A DNA stretch of 63,732 nt, filler included, from Nitrospinae bacterium RIFCSPLOWO2_12_FULL_45_22 (GCA_001803565.1; 7 parts of 7 records of this genome joined end to end with filler, not necessarily neighbours in it), one strand, 5' to 3'. Numbered from the whole stretch's first letter, positions 11,187 through 20,743 are shown. The notes: generated by a model not told the origin, from the letters alone. Numbers and translations are program-made.

Positions 11187-11529
11187 AAGGACGGATAAAG
11201 AATTTTTGTTAGATATTATGGAAGCAATAAATAGAATTGAGCTTTATACAAAAGGATTAAATTACCAGGATTTCTTACAGAAAATAGAAACGCAGGATGC
11301 AGTGGTGCGCAACCTTGAAATCATCGGCGAGGCGGTTAAGAACACCTCAAAAAATCTAAAGGCCAAATATGATAATATTCAATGGAAAGAAATCGCAGGA
11401 ATGCGAGACAAAGTTATCCATTTTTATTTCGGGGTAAACTGGGATATTGTCTGGAAGGCTGCAAAAGATAGCTTACCACAACTTAAAGAGAAAATAGAAA
11501 GAATTCTTCAGGAGATAAAGGAAAAGTGA
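11179..11529 (+). CDS. HEPN/DUF86 (HepT-like) RNase toxin
   Basis: DAVVRNLEIIGEA and GMRDKVIHFYFGV (R-x4-H) motifs. Confidence 0.9.
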   Translation: MPKRTDKEFLLDIMEAINRIELYTKGLNYQDFLQKIETQDAVVRNLEIIGEAVKNTSKNLKAKYDNIQWKEIAGMRDKVIHFYFGVNWDIVWKAAKDSLPQLKEKIERILQEIKEK

Positions 11530-11835
11530 ACATAGAAAAACACCTTGTCTTACTTCTACCTGATAACTTTTAACCTCTTCCTCGTTCAACTCTCTATATT
11601 GAAAACGGATAATCATGGTTTTATCATCAATTCGCTGTAATGGATTTTCATCGTCCAGAACAAAGAACCTTTCCATAATTACCTCGCTTATTTACTTTTA
11701 CTTTTACTTTTATTTACTTTACCTTTCTTTCCTGAAGAAGATTTCATATTTTGTAATACTCGCTCTAACGCTTCTTCACTTATCCACTTATCAATTACCT
11801 CCTCTTAAACCGCCACTGCCCGGCGATTTTCATAA
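11530..11835 (-). pseudogene. Remnants of an excisionase-like HTH gene and a possible DNA methylase fragment beside tRNA-Gln
   Basis: A broken frame reads MKIAGQWRF...EEVIDKWISEE (HTH_17-like). ERFFVLDDENP...IIRFQYR resembles an internal piece of a modification enzyme (weak). Confidence 0.45.
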
Positions 11836-11916
11836 GGGTTTCAATTCTTTATTATCTATTATCGTATTTTCAAACCTCAAATGCGGTAGGCGAAAATTGG
11901 CTAAAATCGTCCAGGC

Positions 11917-11990
11917 TGGCTCGGGGGCCAGGATTCGAACCTGGATTAGAGGATCCAAAGTCCTCGGTCCTGCCGTTAGACGACCCCCGA
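11917..11990 (-). tRNA. tRNA-Gln (TTG)
   Basis: Cloverleaf TCGGGGG...; anticodon arm GAGGA-CTTTGGA-TCCTC; GTTCGAATC T-loop; encoded CCA. Confidence 0.96.
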
Positions 11991-12113
11991 TTATTTCTCC
12001 ATTATAGCAATAAAGCCCTGTTATAGCAAGGGATAGGCTTTTTCTTTTAGATTAGAAAAGAGATGAGAGAAGGATTGAGCAGGAGCGAGAAGGAAGGGGG
12101 TTAGCAGGGAATA

Positions 12114-13142
12114 CTAGCAAGCTACTTTTCCCAGGAGGAGTATATTATCTAAAACCTTTCCTGTCCCGATGACCGTGGTAGCAAGGGGGTCTTTGGTCAG
12201 ATAAACCGGTACCCCGGTTGCCTCTGCTAATAGCACGTCTAGTCTTCTTAGCAGGGCTCCCCCTCCGGTAAGGAATATACCCCTTTCTGCTATATCGCCC
12301 ACTAATTCTGGGGGAGTGTTATCCAGAGCGGTTTTAACCGCGGCTACTATGGCCTTGAGGGGTTCAGCGATGGCTTCTCTAACCTCTTCTTCAGTAATAT
12401 CTAAGATCTTTGGTAGCCCATGCACCAGGTCCAACCCCTTTATCACCATATGCTCTTCTAAGCTATTACCATTAGGGCAGGCAGAGCCTAGCCTTATTTT
12501 TATCTCTTCGGCCGTCTTTTCTCCCACCATAAATTTGTATTTCTTTTTCAGATAATGGGCGATCATCTCGTCCATTAGATTACCCCCTACCCTAATGGAT
12601 CTGCTATATACTATCCCGGCAAGGGATATGACCGCTATCTCAGTAGTGCCACCACCAATATCTACAATCATATTGCCTATAGGCTCTTGCACAGGCAATT
12701 CGGCTCCTATTGCCGCAGCCATAGATTCTTCTAACAAAAAGACATACTTAGCACCAGCAAACTCCGCTGATTCTTTTACTGCCCGCTTCTCGATCTGGGT
12801 TATCCCCGAAGGGACCGAGATAATAATCCTGGGTTTGAAGAACCTTCTCCAGGGGTGAACCTTGGCAATGAAATGACGCAGCATAAACTCTGCTAACTCA
12901 AAATCTGCTATCACTCCATCCTTCAAGGGCCGTATAGTTTCAATTGACTCTGGGGTCCGGCCCAACATTCGTTTCGCTTCATCACCTACCGCTAGGACCC
13001 TTTTTGTGGTTTTATCAATAGCTACTACTGAGGGCTCCTTCAGGGTTATCCCCTTACCCTTAATAAAGATCAAGGTATTAGCTGTCCCTAAATCTATTGC
13101 TATTCTATTAAAAAACCAGCTACCCCAATAATTCGATGGCAT
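12114..13142 (-). CDS. mreB: Rod shape-determining protein MreB
   Basis: IAIDLGTANT, DIGGGTTE and LTGGGALL motifs. Confidence 0.95.
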   Translation of the reverse strand: MPSNYWGSWFFNRIAIDLGTANTLIFIKGKGITLKEPSVVAIDKTTKRVLAVGDEAKRMLGRTPESIETIRPLKDGVIADFELAEFMLRHFIAKVHPWRRFFKPRIIISVPSGITQIEKRAVKESAEFAGAKYVFLLEESMAAAIGAELPVQEPIGNMIVDIGGGTTEIAVISLAGIVYSRSIRVGGNLMDEMIAHYLKKKYKFMVGEKTAEEIKIRLGSACPNGNSLEEHMVIKGLDLVHGLPKILDITEEEVREAIAEPLKAIVAAVKTALDNTPPELVGDIAERGIFLTGGGALLRRLDVLLAEATGVPVYLTKDPLATTVIGTGKVLDNILLLGKVAC

Positions 13143-13420
13143 GGCTATTCACCGCCCTGGAGAAATTTTTATCCTTATCTTTCCTTATCGGTGGGATACT
13201 AAAAATAGTTTAGTCCCTCACGCCGGTTTAGCAACAAAACCGAGGAAGAGCAATTATCATGCCACAATCCAATTTATTCTTCTTAGTTAGTTGCCTTGGC
13301 CTGAAGCCTTAATGGTATGGAATCATCAGGGATACCATTGAGGAAGTGGCTGCCAACCTGATTACTTTTGGCGCCAAAAAATTGGTCAGTACGTCAATTT
13401 TTTGGCGATTACCATGGGTT

Positions 13421-13495
13421 TGGAGCCGGCGGGGGGAGTCGAACCCCCGGCCTACTGATTACGAATCAGTTGCTCTACCCCTGAGCTACGCCGGC
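13421..13495 (-). tRNA. tRNA-Thr (CGT)
   Basis: GCCGGCGTAGCTCAG...; anticodon loop TT-CGT-AA; encoded CCA. Confidence 0.96.
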
Positions 13496-13761
13496 CTAAT
13501 TCTTTTCTGAGTTTATGTTAGCTCCCCTTGTTTGTCAAGCTAGTAGTCCTTGTGCCGTCTTGGCCAAAGCAAAAACTCCCCATTTGAATAAGGGCGCTAT
13601 GGGCTCCTGTTCTGCCGAAGAGCAGAGGACGAAGGGGTGGCTTAAAGTTGACATTATGGCCAGGGGAGCTATAATAATCTTGAGCAGACGGCTATTGTTG
13701 CTCTAAACGACCCGTAAAATAGTCCTTTGATCACCCAGGAAAGAAGGAGGGGGAAAGGGAG

Positions 13762-14928
13762 ATTTTAAATTCTTCCGGTAAAGAAGAAAGGGCTATATTA
13801 GTAGCCTTAAAACCGGGTAATATTAAAAGATATCAGCTCGAAGAGTCTCTGGATGAGCTAGGGCGCTTAACAGAGACCGCTGGTGCTGTAGTCGTCACCC
13901 GGGTAGTTCAGGAAGCAGAAGCCCCTAATCCTGCTCTTTATATCGGCAAGGGTAAGGCAGAAGAGATAGGCCTTCTCGGTTATGAAAAGGATGCTAACCT
14001 GGTCATCTTTGATAACGAATTAAGCCCGGCTCAACTGCGGAATTTAGAAAAGTTTATCCCTTTCAAGATTATTGACCGGACGCAATTGATCCTGGATATC
14101 TTTGCCCAGAGAGCCCGTAGCCATGAAGGTAAGCTACAAGTAGAGTTGGCCCAACTCTCTTACCTACTGTCCCGGTTGGTAGGGCGGGGCATTGAGATGT
14201 CCCGGTTAGGTGGTGGCATAGGGACCAGGGGTCCAGGAGAAACTCAGTTGGAGGTGGATAGGCGAAGGATATTAAAGAGGATCCACACGATTAAGAGCAG
14301 GATAAAAGAGATACAAAAAACCCGCAAGCTCCATCGGCAGCACCGACATTCTTTAGGATTACCTATCCTGGCCCTTATAGGCTATACCAATACCGGCAAG
14401 TCCACCCTGATGAACCGGCTTACTGCGGCTGATGTAATGGTGGATGACAAACTCTTTGCTACCCTTGATCCGACTGTCAGGGGGCTAAAATTATCTAATG
14501 GGCTAATGGCTTTGGTTTCTGATACTGTGGGCTTTATTCAGAAACTGCCTCATACGCTGGTAGAGGCTTTCAAAGCTACCCTAGAAGAAGTAAAGGGGGC
14601 CGATATTTTACTCCATGTGATAGATTCCAGTCATCCAGAAGTAGATAGGCAGATTCAGGATGTATATAAGGTTTTACAGGAACTAGGGGCCGATCAGAAG
14701 CCGATCATTTCGGTCTACAATAAAGTAGATAAGCTCTCCCGGGATGAAGCCGACGAGAAAATCTTACGGGTTAGAGGCAGAGGGATTGCTATATCGGCCT
14801 TAAAGGGCTATGGGATAGAAGATTTACTTGAGGCTATACGAGACGAACTGCAGAGGATAAAGAATCCTGCAACCGCTGGCGTTAAACAAAGCAAATCTGT
14901 AACAGTTCACGGGGTTCAGTTAACTTAA
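13762..14928 (+). CDS. hflX: GTPase HflX, probably starting at a non-canonical ATT
   Basis: [16 protein letters not shown] and DTVGF motifs. The conserved N-domain (ERAILV...[15 protein letters not shown]...YIGKGK) is in frame upstream of the called start at 14086. Confidence 0.9.
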   Translation: MLNSSGKEERAILVALKPGNIKRYQLEESLDELGRLTETAGAVVVTRVVQEAEAPNPALYIGKGKAEEIGLLGYEKDANLVIFDNELSPAQLRNLEKFIPFKIIDRTQLILDIFAQRARSHEGKLQVELAQLSYLLSRLVGRGIEMSRLGGGIGTRGPGETQLEVDRRRILKRIHTIKSRIKEIQKTRKLHRQHRHSLGLPILALIGYTNTGKSTLMNRLTAADVMVDDKLFATLDPTVRGLKLSNGLMALVSDTVGFIQKLPHTLVEAFKATLEEVKGADILLHVIDSSHPEVDRQIQDVYKVLQELGADQKPIISVYNKVDKLSRDEADEKILRVRGRGIAISALKGYGIEDLLEAIRDELQRIKNPATAGVKQSKSVTVHGVQLT

Positions 14929-14944
14929 CTTTGTCACATTTGCC

Positions 14945-15230
14945 ATGTCATTCTGAGCGAAGCGAAGAATCTTGTTACCGGAAGGCTGAGACCCTTCGCG
15001 GAGTTTATCCTGAGCACAGTGAAGGGCTCAGGAAAAGACTTTAATTTTTGGTAATAGTTTAGCCACAAAAAGGCACAAGAAAATTCTGGTTAAGTTTATA
15101 ACCACAAAGACACCAAGGGCACAAAGAATTCAATTGACCATCCTCGATATGCCACCCTTCTTTTTCTTAGTGTTCTTTGTGGCTTTGTGGTTCATATTGT
15201 TTTTGTTCCTTTTGCGCATTTTTGCGGCTT
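14945..15230. repeat. Cluster of palindromic mini-elements
   Basis: GTCATTCTGAGCGAAGCGAAGAATCT unit (also at about 46127-46192). Nested arms AGCCACAAAAAGGCACAA...TTTTGCGGCT and ACCACAAAGACACCAAG...CTTTGTGGCTTTGTGGT. Confidence 0.75.
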
Positions 15231-15305
15231 ATTTTTAGAAGACTTTAGTTGGCTAAACATTTACGAATCTTAAATGGTCATCAATATTTGGAGATTGAGC
15301 GAAAG

Positions 15306-15941
15306 ATGTCTTTGAGGAAAAGAGTGCCTGTCTGTGCCGTGTCCCCGCCTGCTATGCGGGCATGCGTCACGGCAGACAGGCCTGACAACCGATCCCTGAC
15401 CCCCGTTAACTGTTATGCAAATCTTATTCTTATCGGATTTAAAGGCTGTGGCAAGAGCTATGTAGGGGATGCCCTGGCCTACCGGCTGGGATGGCCTTTT
15501 CTTGATCTGGATAATTTGATCGAGGGCTTTTATGCTGAGAGACAAGGCGAAGTCTTAGGCTATCGAGAGATCTATAAGAGACACGGAGCGGTTTTTTTCC
15601 GGCAACTGGAAGAAGAGTCCCTAAAGAAAGCCCTAATTAAAGGTAGACAGGTTATTGCCCTGGGTGGTGGCACTATCTTTGCCTCGCCTGCTATTGCTGC
15701 TTTATTACAGGATCAGGTAGTGATCTATTTGACTGTCGAGCCTACCCTACTTTTCCAGCGTATCATGAGCCAGGGCACCCCCGCCTTCTTTGATCCCAAT
15801 GATCCCGAGGGCTCTTTCTGGTCTCTGTACCAGGAACGCCCCCCCCATTATCAAAAACTGGCCCATTATACCTTTGATAATACTACCAAGAAGGTGGAAG
15901 AACTGGTGGAAGAGATTATCATAACTTTGGGACTAGAGTAA
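15306..15941 (+). CDS. aroK: Shikimate kinase with a palindrome-derived N-terminal insert
   Basis: LILIGFKGCGKS P-loop, FLDLD and VIALGGG motifs; lies upstream of aroC. Start codon uncertain. Confidence 0.85.
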   Translation: MSLRKRVPVCAVSPPAMRACVTADRPDNRSLTPVNCYANLILIGFKGCGKSYVGDALAYRLGWPFLDLDNLIEGFYAERQGEVLGYREIYKRHGAVFFRQLEEESLKKALIKGRQVIALGGGTIFASPAIAALLQDQVVIYLTVEPTLLFQRIMSQGTPAFFDPNDPEGSFWSLYQERPPHYQKLAHYTFDNTTKKVEELVEEIIITLGLE

Positions 15942-16044
15942 CGTAATAATAGTATCAGTATCACCTATTAGTATTAGGTCATAGTTAGAGGCTCTAACAA
16001 CTTATACTGACACTGATACTAACAACTGGCACTAAGTACAAAAT

Positions 16045-17095
16045 ATGGCAGGGAACTCCTTTGGGCAACTATTCCGGATCCATACCTGGGGTGAGTCGCA
16101 TGGACCAGCTATTGGTGTGGTAGTAGATGGTTGCCCGGCGGGATTAGAATTGAGCGAGGAGGATATCCAGAAAGAGCTGGATAGACGCCGGCCCGGCCAA
16201 AGCCTTATCACTACCAGCCGGCAAGAAACAGACCAGGTGGAAGTCCTCTCTGGTATTTTGGCGGGTAAGACTACTGGTACTCCTATTTCCCTCCTGATAA
16301 GGAACCTTGATGCCGATTCTCGACCTTACCAGGAACTGGCTGATGTCTTTCGGCCCGGTCAGGCTGATTATACTTATTGGGTAAAATATGGCCTGCGGGA
16401 TTGGCGTGGTGGAGGGCGGGCCAGTGCCCGGGAGACAGTGGCCCGGGTAGCAGCCGGTGCTATTGCCCGAAAAATTTTGGCTCAAGAGAAGATAGAGATT
16501 ATTGCCTATACCATAAGGGTAGGAGATATTGAGGCGCAGGAGTTTGATCCCCAGGAGATAGAGCGAAACCCGATCCGTTGCCCGGACCCGATCCGGGCTA
16601 AAGAAATGGTAAACAAGATCCTGGGTATCAAAGAGAGCGGAGATTCTATTGGTGGGGTAGTGGAGGTTAGGGCGAGCGGTATACCAGCCGGATTAGGGGA
16701 ACCGGTTTTTGATAAGCTGGATGCCGACTTAGCCAGCGCACTGATGAGTATCGGGAGTGTCAAGGGAGTAGAGATTGGTGCTGGCTTCCAGGTCAGCCGA
16801 TTGCTGGGATCAGAAAATAATGACCCTTTTTATCTGGATGGTGGCCGGATTAGATCCCGGACAAATCAGGCAGGTGGTATCCTGGGTGGTATCTCTACTG
16901 GTGAAGATATCATTATCCGCCTGGCGGTCAAGCCCACACCTTCTATCGCCAAACCTCAAGAGACTGTGGATACTCAGGGAAACCCAAGAACCATCGCTAT
17001 CCAGGGCCGGCATGACCCCTGTATCTGTCCCCGGATAGTCCCTGTAGCAGAAGCTATGGTTGCCTTAGTCCTGGTTGACCATTTGCTCCGACACC
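16045..17095 (+). CDS. aroC: Chorismate synthase; last codons cut by the contig end
   Basis: [22 protein letters not shown] and GRHDPC motifs. Confidence 0.97.
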
Positions 17096-17276
17096 NNNNN
17101 NNNNNNNNNNNNNNNNNNNNNNNNNNNNNNNNNNNNNNNTTAATTAATTAANNNNNNNNNNNNNNNNNNNNNNNNNNNNNNNNNNNNNNNNNNNNATCGG
17201 CCAGGTATGCAATGAATTAAATATCAGACTTGTGGGGTGTCAGTTAGGTTGTTTCTAATACCTGCCAGGGGCGTGG

Positions 17277-17393
17277 TTCACTTCCCGGACTGGAACTCAA
17301 AGCTGGACAGAAGATTCTCGACCAGCTCGGCACGCTCCACCGGTGGCAGTTCCAACGCCTCAGCAAGAATGCGCTCTCCATGTTTTTACATAT
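17277..17393 (-). pseudogene. Addiction-module (TIGR02574-like) antitoxin remnant
   Basis: ATG TAA followed by ERILAEALELPPVERAELVENLLSS; early stop and truncated. Confidence 0.55.
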
Positions 17394-17456
17394 GTCACCA
17401 CCCCTCCTTTATGTTGATGATCCGATTGTATTTTAGCACACTCTGGAGGCGTTTTC

Positions 17457-17831
17457 TAATTCTTCCTTTCCTCGACTGATTTACCTTGAAAGGTAATTAC
17501 ATCGCGTAGATTAATGACCTCGCCGTGAAAGATGCCTGCCTCATCACCAAACTCGACTTTTGCAATGTATCCTTTATATCCCATCATGGCGTTACCCCTA
17601 CTTCTTGCAAAAATCTGCGAACCGATTTTACTGTGCCTTTATCAGCTTCCTTTTGTGGATGCGGTCGATGAAACACAGCCCTGACACCCTGCAAAGCAAC
17701 TCGAACCCTTGAGCCTCAGAAATTTCTGCGCCCACTGCTTTGAACAATGCTTCAATATCTTTCCAGGCAATGTTGGTCCGCATTGGTTCTTCAAAGATCG
17801 CTTCCAAGATTTTTCTGTGTTTCTTTTTCAC
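17457..17831 (-). pseudogene. Degraded hicAB toxin-antitoxin pair
   Basis: HicA-like KKHRKILEAIF...WKDIEALF is frameshifted before AVFHRPHPQKE. HicB-like MMGYKGYIAKVEF...FHGEVINLRDVITFQG is truncated. Confidence 0.75.
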
Positions 17832-17904
17832 AGAGCAATAGTGCTACATTATGATACCATTTTCAAGAAATTTTACTGAAAACCGGGTCTTTTGCACATT
17901 TGCC

Positions 17905-17971
17905 ACCTAACGGTGGCGCTCAGCGGGCGGCGCGGCTTTTTGCGACAGTCCACTGGAGCGACTGGTTATGG
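17905..17971 (-). mobile_element. Integron attC site 1
   Basis: Minus strand CCATAAC...imperfect palindrome...GTTAGGT; it overlaps the stop codon of the upstream gene. Confidence 0.8.
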
Positions 17972-18415
17972 CAGATGCTGTAAATCTTCTAAGTCTTTGT
18001 GTCTACCACACGCTCTTTTGTTTGCCTTAAGATCATCTAAGGCAATAAAGTTCACCGGAATGCCGTCGATCTCTATTATTTCTCGACGTGTATAGCATTG
18101 GTGGAAATCTATGCCAGAGGCTGTCGTTATCACTTCGATCCGGACTGGAGGAACGCCCATCCGGATGACCCTACCCTTTTCAGTGAAAAGGTCCTTCGTC
18201 ACCTCTCGTTCCAACATCCCGAAATCGCGAAGTGTTTTTGCCGTCTTCTCGGCGTTCGCCTCACTCACGGCAATCCAAATGTCCAGGTCCCCTGTTGCGC
18301 GCGGGTAACCATGGTAGCCGACCGCATAACCGTCTACAACAAGGTACTCAACATCGTGAGAGTTCAGCAGTCTCAAGAAGTCTCTGAAGTCTGGATGTAG
18401 TTCGATATGAGCCAT
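17966..18415 (-). CDS. Nucleotidyltransferase-family cassette protein
   Basis: YLVVDGYAVGYHGYPRATGDLDIW and GRHKDLEDL motifs. The usual GG motif reads DG here. Confidence 0.75.
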   Translation of the reverse strand: MAHIELHPDFRDFLRLLNSHDVEYLVVDGYAVGYHGYPRATGDLDIWIAVSEANAEKTAKTLRDFGMLEREVTKDLFTEKGRVIRMGVPPVRIEVITTASGIDFHQCYTRREIIEIDGIPVNFIALDDLKANKRACGRHKDLEDLQHLP

Positions 18416-18557
18416 ACACCATCCGTCGATTAAACTCGATAGCGTTCAAGCGTTCAACCGCGCTTCGGGATAACCAGTACCGTTTCTCTTCCGTGATGTC
18501 ATCAAAGGAGGAGACCGTAAGCCGTGACTTATCGAGACGAGGCATCTTACCGTCCAT
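18348..18557 (-). CDS. Small protein overlapping the nucleotidyltransferase gene (putative partner)
   Basis: YWLSRSAVERLNAIEFNRRMVYG; overlaps the downstream gene and lies in the same cassette. Confidence 0.6.
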   Translation of the reverse strand: MDGKMPRLDKSRLTVSSFDDITEEKRYWLSRSAVERLNAIEFNRRMVYGSYRTTSRLQRLLETAELSRC

Positions 18558-18583
18558 ATCTCATTCTCCTGATGATCTTATTG

Positions 18584-18670
18584 CCATAACGTAGAAATCA
18601 GGCGCGGGCCAAAAAGCTAGCCCGAAAGGCCGCCGCGCTTATTCACGTCGCCGGAATTGATTGGTTATCC
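18584..18670 (-). mobile_element. Integron attC site 2
   Basis: Minus strand GGATAAC...GCGCGG...CCGCGC...GTTATGG. Confidence 0.8.
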
Positions 18671-18672
18671 CT

Positions 18673-19206
18673 TCAATTTGTTTCAACGATGTAATCACTT
18701 TTTTTCTCGTTCCAAGTCATCTTCATTGATGATGGATAATCATTTGCAACCAGCTCAAATATATTGATTATCTCTTTGATGGGGATTCGGTAAATGGTTT
18801 TATCTCGTTCAAAATCTGAGCAAGCATATACTCCTCCCCAATTTCTATCTTTTTCTCGATAAGCAAAAATTGTACAGCTATGAATAAGTTGATTAGCCAA
18901 AAAGACGATGTTCTTGGTTACGTTTTTTTCTTCTGTTAAATCATATACTTCGTCTATATCCCACTGATTAAATTTGGTGATTCTTTTGCCAGTAGGAGTG
19001 TAACAAAATACTGAAGCCCTATATTCTTGTGATTTTCTTGATACCTTATGAGTCTCAAGGAGTTTCCGAATACAAAAGAACGAAACAATCAACTCTTTTT
19101 CAAAATTGACTACTATCCTTTCACTCCAACGCTTAGGTTTCTTTACAGGTCTTAAGCGTTTTGCATGAATCAATAGATCTTCTTTCCAGTAGCAAGATTC
19201 AATCAT
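18673..19206 (-). CDS. Hypothetical integron cassette protein
   Basis: 177-aa AT-rich ORF that fills the space between attC3 and attC2. Confidence 0.75.
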   Translation of the reverse strand: MIESCYWKEDLLIHAKRLRPVKKPKRWSERIVVNFEKELIVSFFCIRKLLETHKVSRKSQEYRASVFCYTPTGKRITKFNQWDIDEVYDLTEEKNVTKNIVFLANQLIHSCTIFAYREKDRNWGGVYACSDFERDKTIYRIPIKEIINIFELVANDYPSSMKMTWNEKKSDYIVETN

Positions 19207-19214
19207 TTATTTTG

Positions 19215-19271
19215 GGATAACGCCGGCCTTCAGCGGCGCTTTCTAGCGTCTGCTGCAAGGCGTTGTTATCT
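19215..19271 (-). mobile_element. Integron attC site 3
   Basis: Minus strand AGATAACAACGCCTTGCAGC...GCTGAAGGCCGGCGTTATCC (57 bp). Confidence 0.85.
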
Positions 19272-19276
19272 GACTG

Positions 19277-19639
19277 TTACTTATTGAAGCCCAGACCCAG
19301 TTTTGAAGAAACTTCATCCAGTTTTTTGTCAAGAGTCCATATTGGAACTCCTGTTAATACTGCCGACGCAATCAGGTGGACATCAATATAGCCTAATCCC
19401 TTCCCCATAAGTTTATTACTCTCTATAAATTGCATAATTTCTTCATGTTCTGCCTGGGTCGCCATGGGAAGTGCTTGAAGAAGTGAAAGTATTTCAGATC
19501 TATTATCGAGATTCCCACAAGCCAGTTCACCAACTATAAATGGATGACAAATAACATCTCCATCATTTAATAATCTCTCAAGCTTTGTATTGCCCTCCCG
19601 CAGATGGGATACCCATACCGAAGTATCAACAATAACCAT
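19277..19639 (-). CDS. vapC: VapC PIN-domain toxin
   Basis: IVDTSVW, GELACG, GYIDVHL and WTLDK motifs. Confidence 0.9.
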   Translation of the reverse strand: MVIVDTSVWVSHLREGNTKLERLLNDGDVICHPFIVGELACGNLDNRSEILSLLQALPMATQAEHEEIMQFIESNKLMGKGLGYIDVHLIASAVLTGVPIWTLDKKLDEVSSKLGLGFNK

Positions 19640-19640
19640 T

Positions 19641-19838
19641 TTATCGGCTTTCTGTTCTTCTGCGAGGTATCATTCTCAATTTCTTTTCGGTTCCCCCTAA
19701 TCTGGCAAGTCTCTTACTGCTTTCCCTCGCAATCAAGGCTTCCAGGCCACGCTTGACTAAAGTCGTCTTTTCCTTAATGCCAGTCAATTTTGACGCCTTA
19801 TCAATCAATTTGTCCTCTATATTTAATGTTGTCCTCAT
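19641..19838 (-). CDS. vapB: VapB antitoxin
   Basis: MRTTLNIEDKLI ribbon-helix-helix start; adjacent to vapC. Confidence 0.88.
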   Translation of the reverse strand: MRTTLNIEDKLIDKASKLTGIKEKTTLVKRGLEALIARESSKRLARLGGTEKKLRMIPRRRTESR

Positions 19839-19923
19839 CGTTTTTCACCTCAATTATATGTAATATTGTATGTATAAGTATGTTTTAATAAAGCATATTT
19901 GTCAAGTAACATCTGGGTTCATT

Positions 19924-20229
19924 CTAAACAGCAGCGGCATAAACGTGTACTTCTTTGTTCAGCCTGTCGTCTAATTTGTCTTTTTCAGTTTCAAGGTTAT
20001 ACCGTGCTTGTAAATTTATCCAGAATCGTTCTGAAAGACCAAAATAACGTGATAACCTCAGGGCAGTGTTAGGAGTAATAGAACGTTTGCCTTGTACGAT
20101 TTCGTTGATACGTCTTGCCGGTACACTAATATCCTTAGCTAATTTATACTGGCTAATCTCCATAGGTTTCAGAAACTCTTCCATGAGGATTTCACCCGGA
20201 TGAATTGGCTGTAGTTTTTGTTTGGTCAT
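19924..20229 (-). CDS. higA: HigA antitoxin
   Basis: PIHPGEILMEEFL...RINEIV...FWINLQ. Confidence 0.93.
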   Translation of the reverse strand: MTKQKLQPIHPGEILMEEFLKPMEISQYKLAKDISVPARRINEIVQGKRSITPNTALRLSRYFGLSERFWINLQARYNLETEKDKLDDRLNKEVHVYAAAV

Positions 20230-20238
20230 ATGCTCCTC

Positions 20239-20520
20239 CTAATGATAGTCAACTATTTCTACGTTGTAAGCATCCCCATCACGCCATTCAAAACATATGC
20301 GCCACTGTTTGTTGATGCGAATGCTATACTGTCCTTTTCTATCACCCGATAGCTTTTTAAGGTGATTAGATGGTGGTATACGTAAATCTTGAAGCACCTC
20401 CGTTGCATCCAAAATCTCAAGTTTCCGTCGAGCAATTTGTTGGATACTCTGTTGGAACTTCCGAGATATTTCGCGATTAAATAGCTTTTCAGTTTCCGTG
20501 CTCGCAAAACTTTTTATCAT
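20239..20520 (-). CDS. higB: HigB (RelE-family) toxin
   Basis: MIKSF...PPSNHLKKLSGDRKGQYSIRINKQWRICF...IVDYH. Confidence 0.93.
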   Translation of the reverse strand: MIKSFASTETEKLFNREISRKFQQSIQQIARRKLEILDATEVLQDLRIPPSNHLKKLSGDRKGQYSIRINKQWRICFEWRDGDAYNVEIVDYH

Positions 20521-20528
20521 CAAAAGTA

Positions 20529-20564
20529 ATAATATCGCATGCCGTTAATAATGTCAAACGGCAT
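20529..20564 (-). promoter_or_regulatory. Sigma70 promoter of higBA with a palindromic operator
   Basis: TTGACA (20557-20552), a 17-nt spacer, then TATTAT (20534-20529). The inverted repeat ATGCCGTT-N10-AACGGCAT brackets the -35 box. Confidence 0.75.
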
Positions 20565-20743
20565 CAGACACATAACGTATGCGTCACTGATGAGTGCCAC
20601 CGAACAATAATCAAATGCCTAAAACCATAATGGCGATAACGGTTATGAGGTAAAGGCAAAAAATGCGGGATTCCAGAGGAATATAATCTCTTTTTTCATA
20701 GAGGTAGATTATCATATATCATCAGCTTGCTCAGGCCCGTGAT

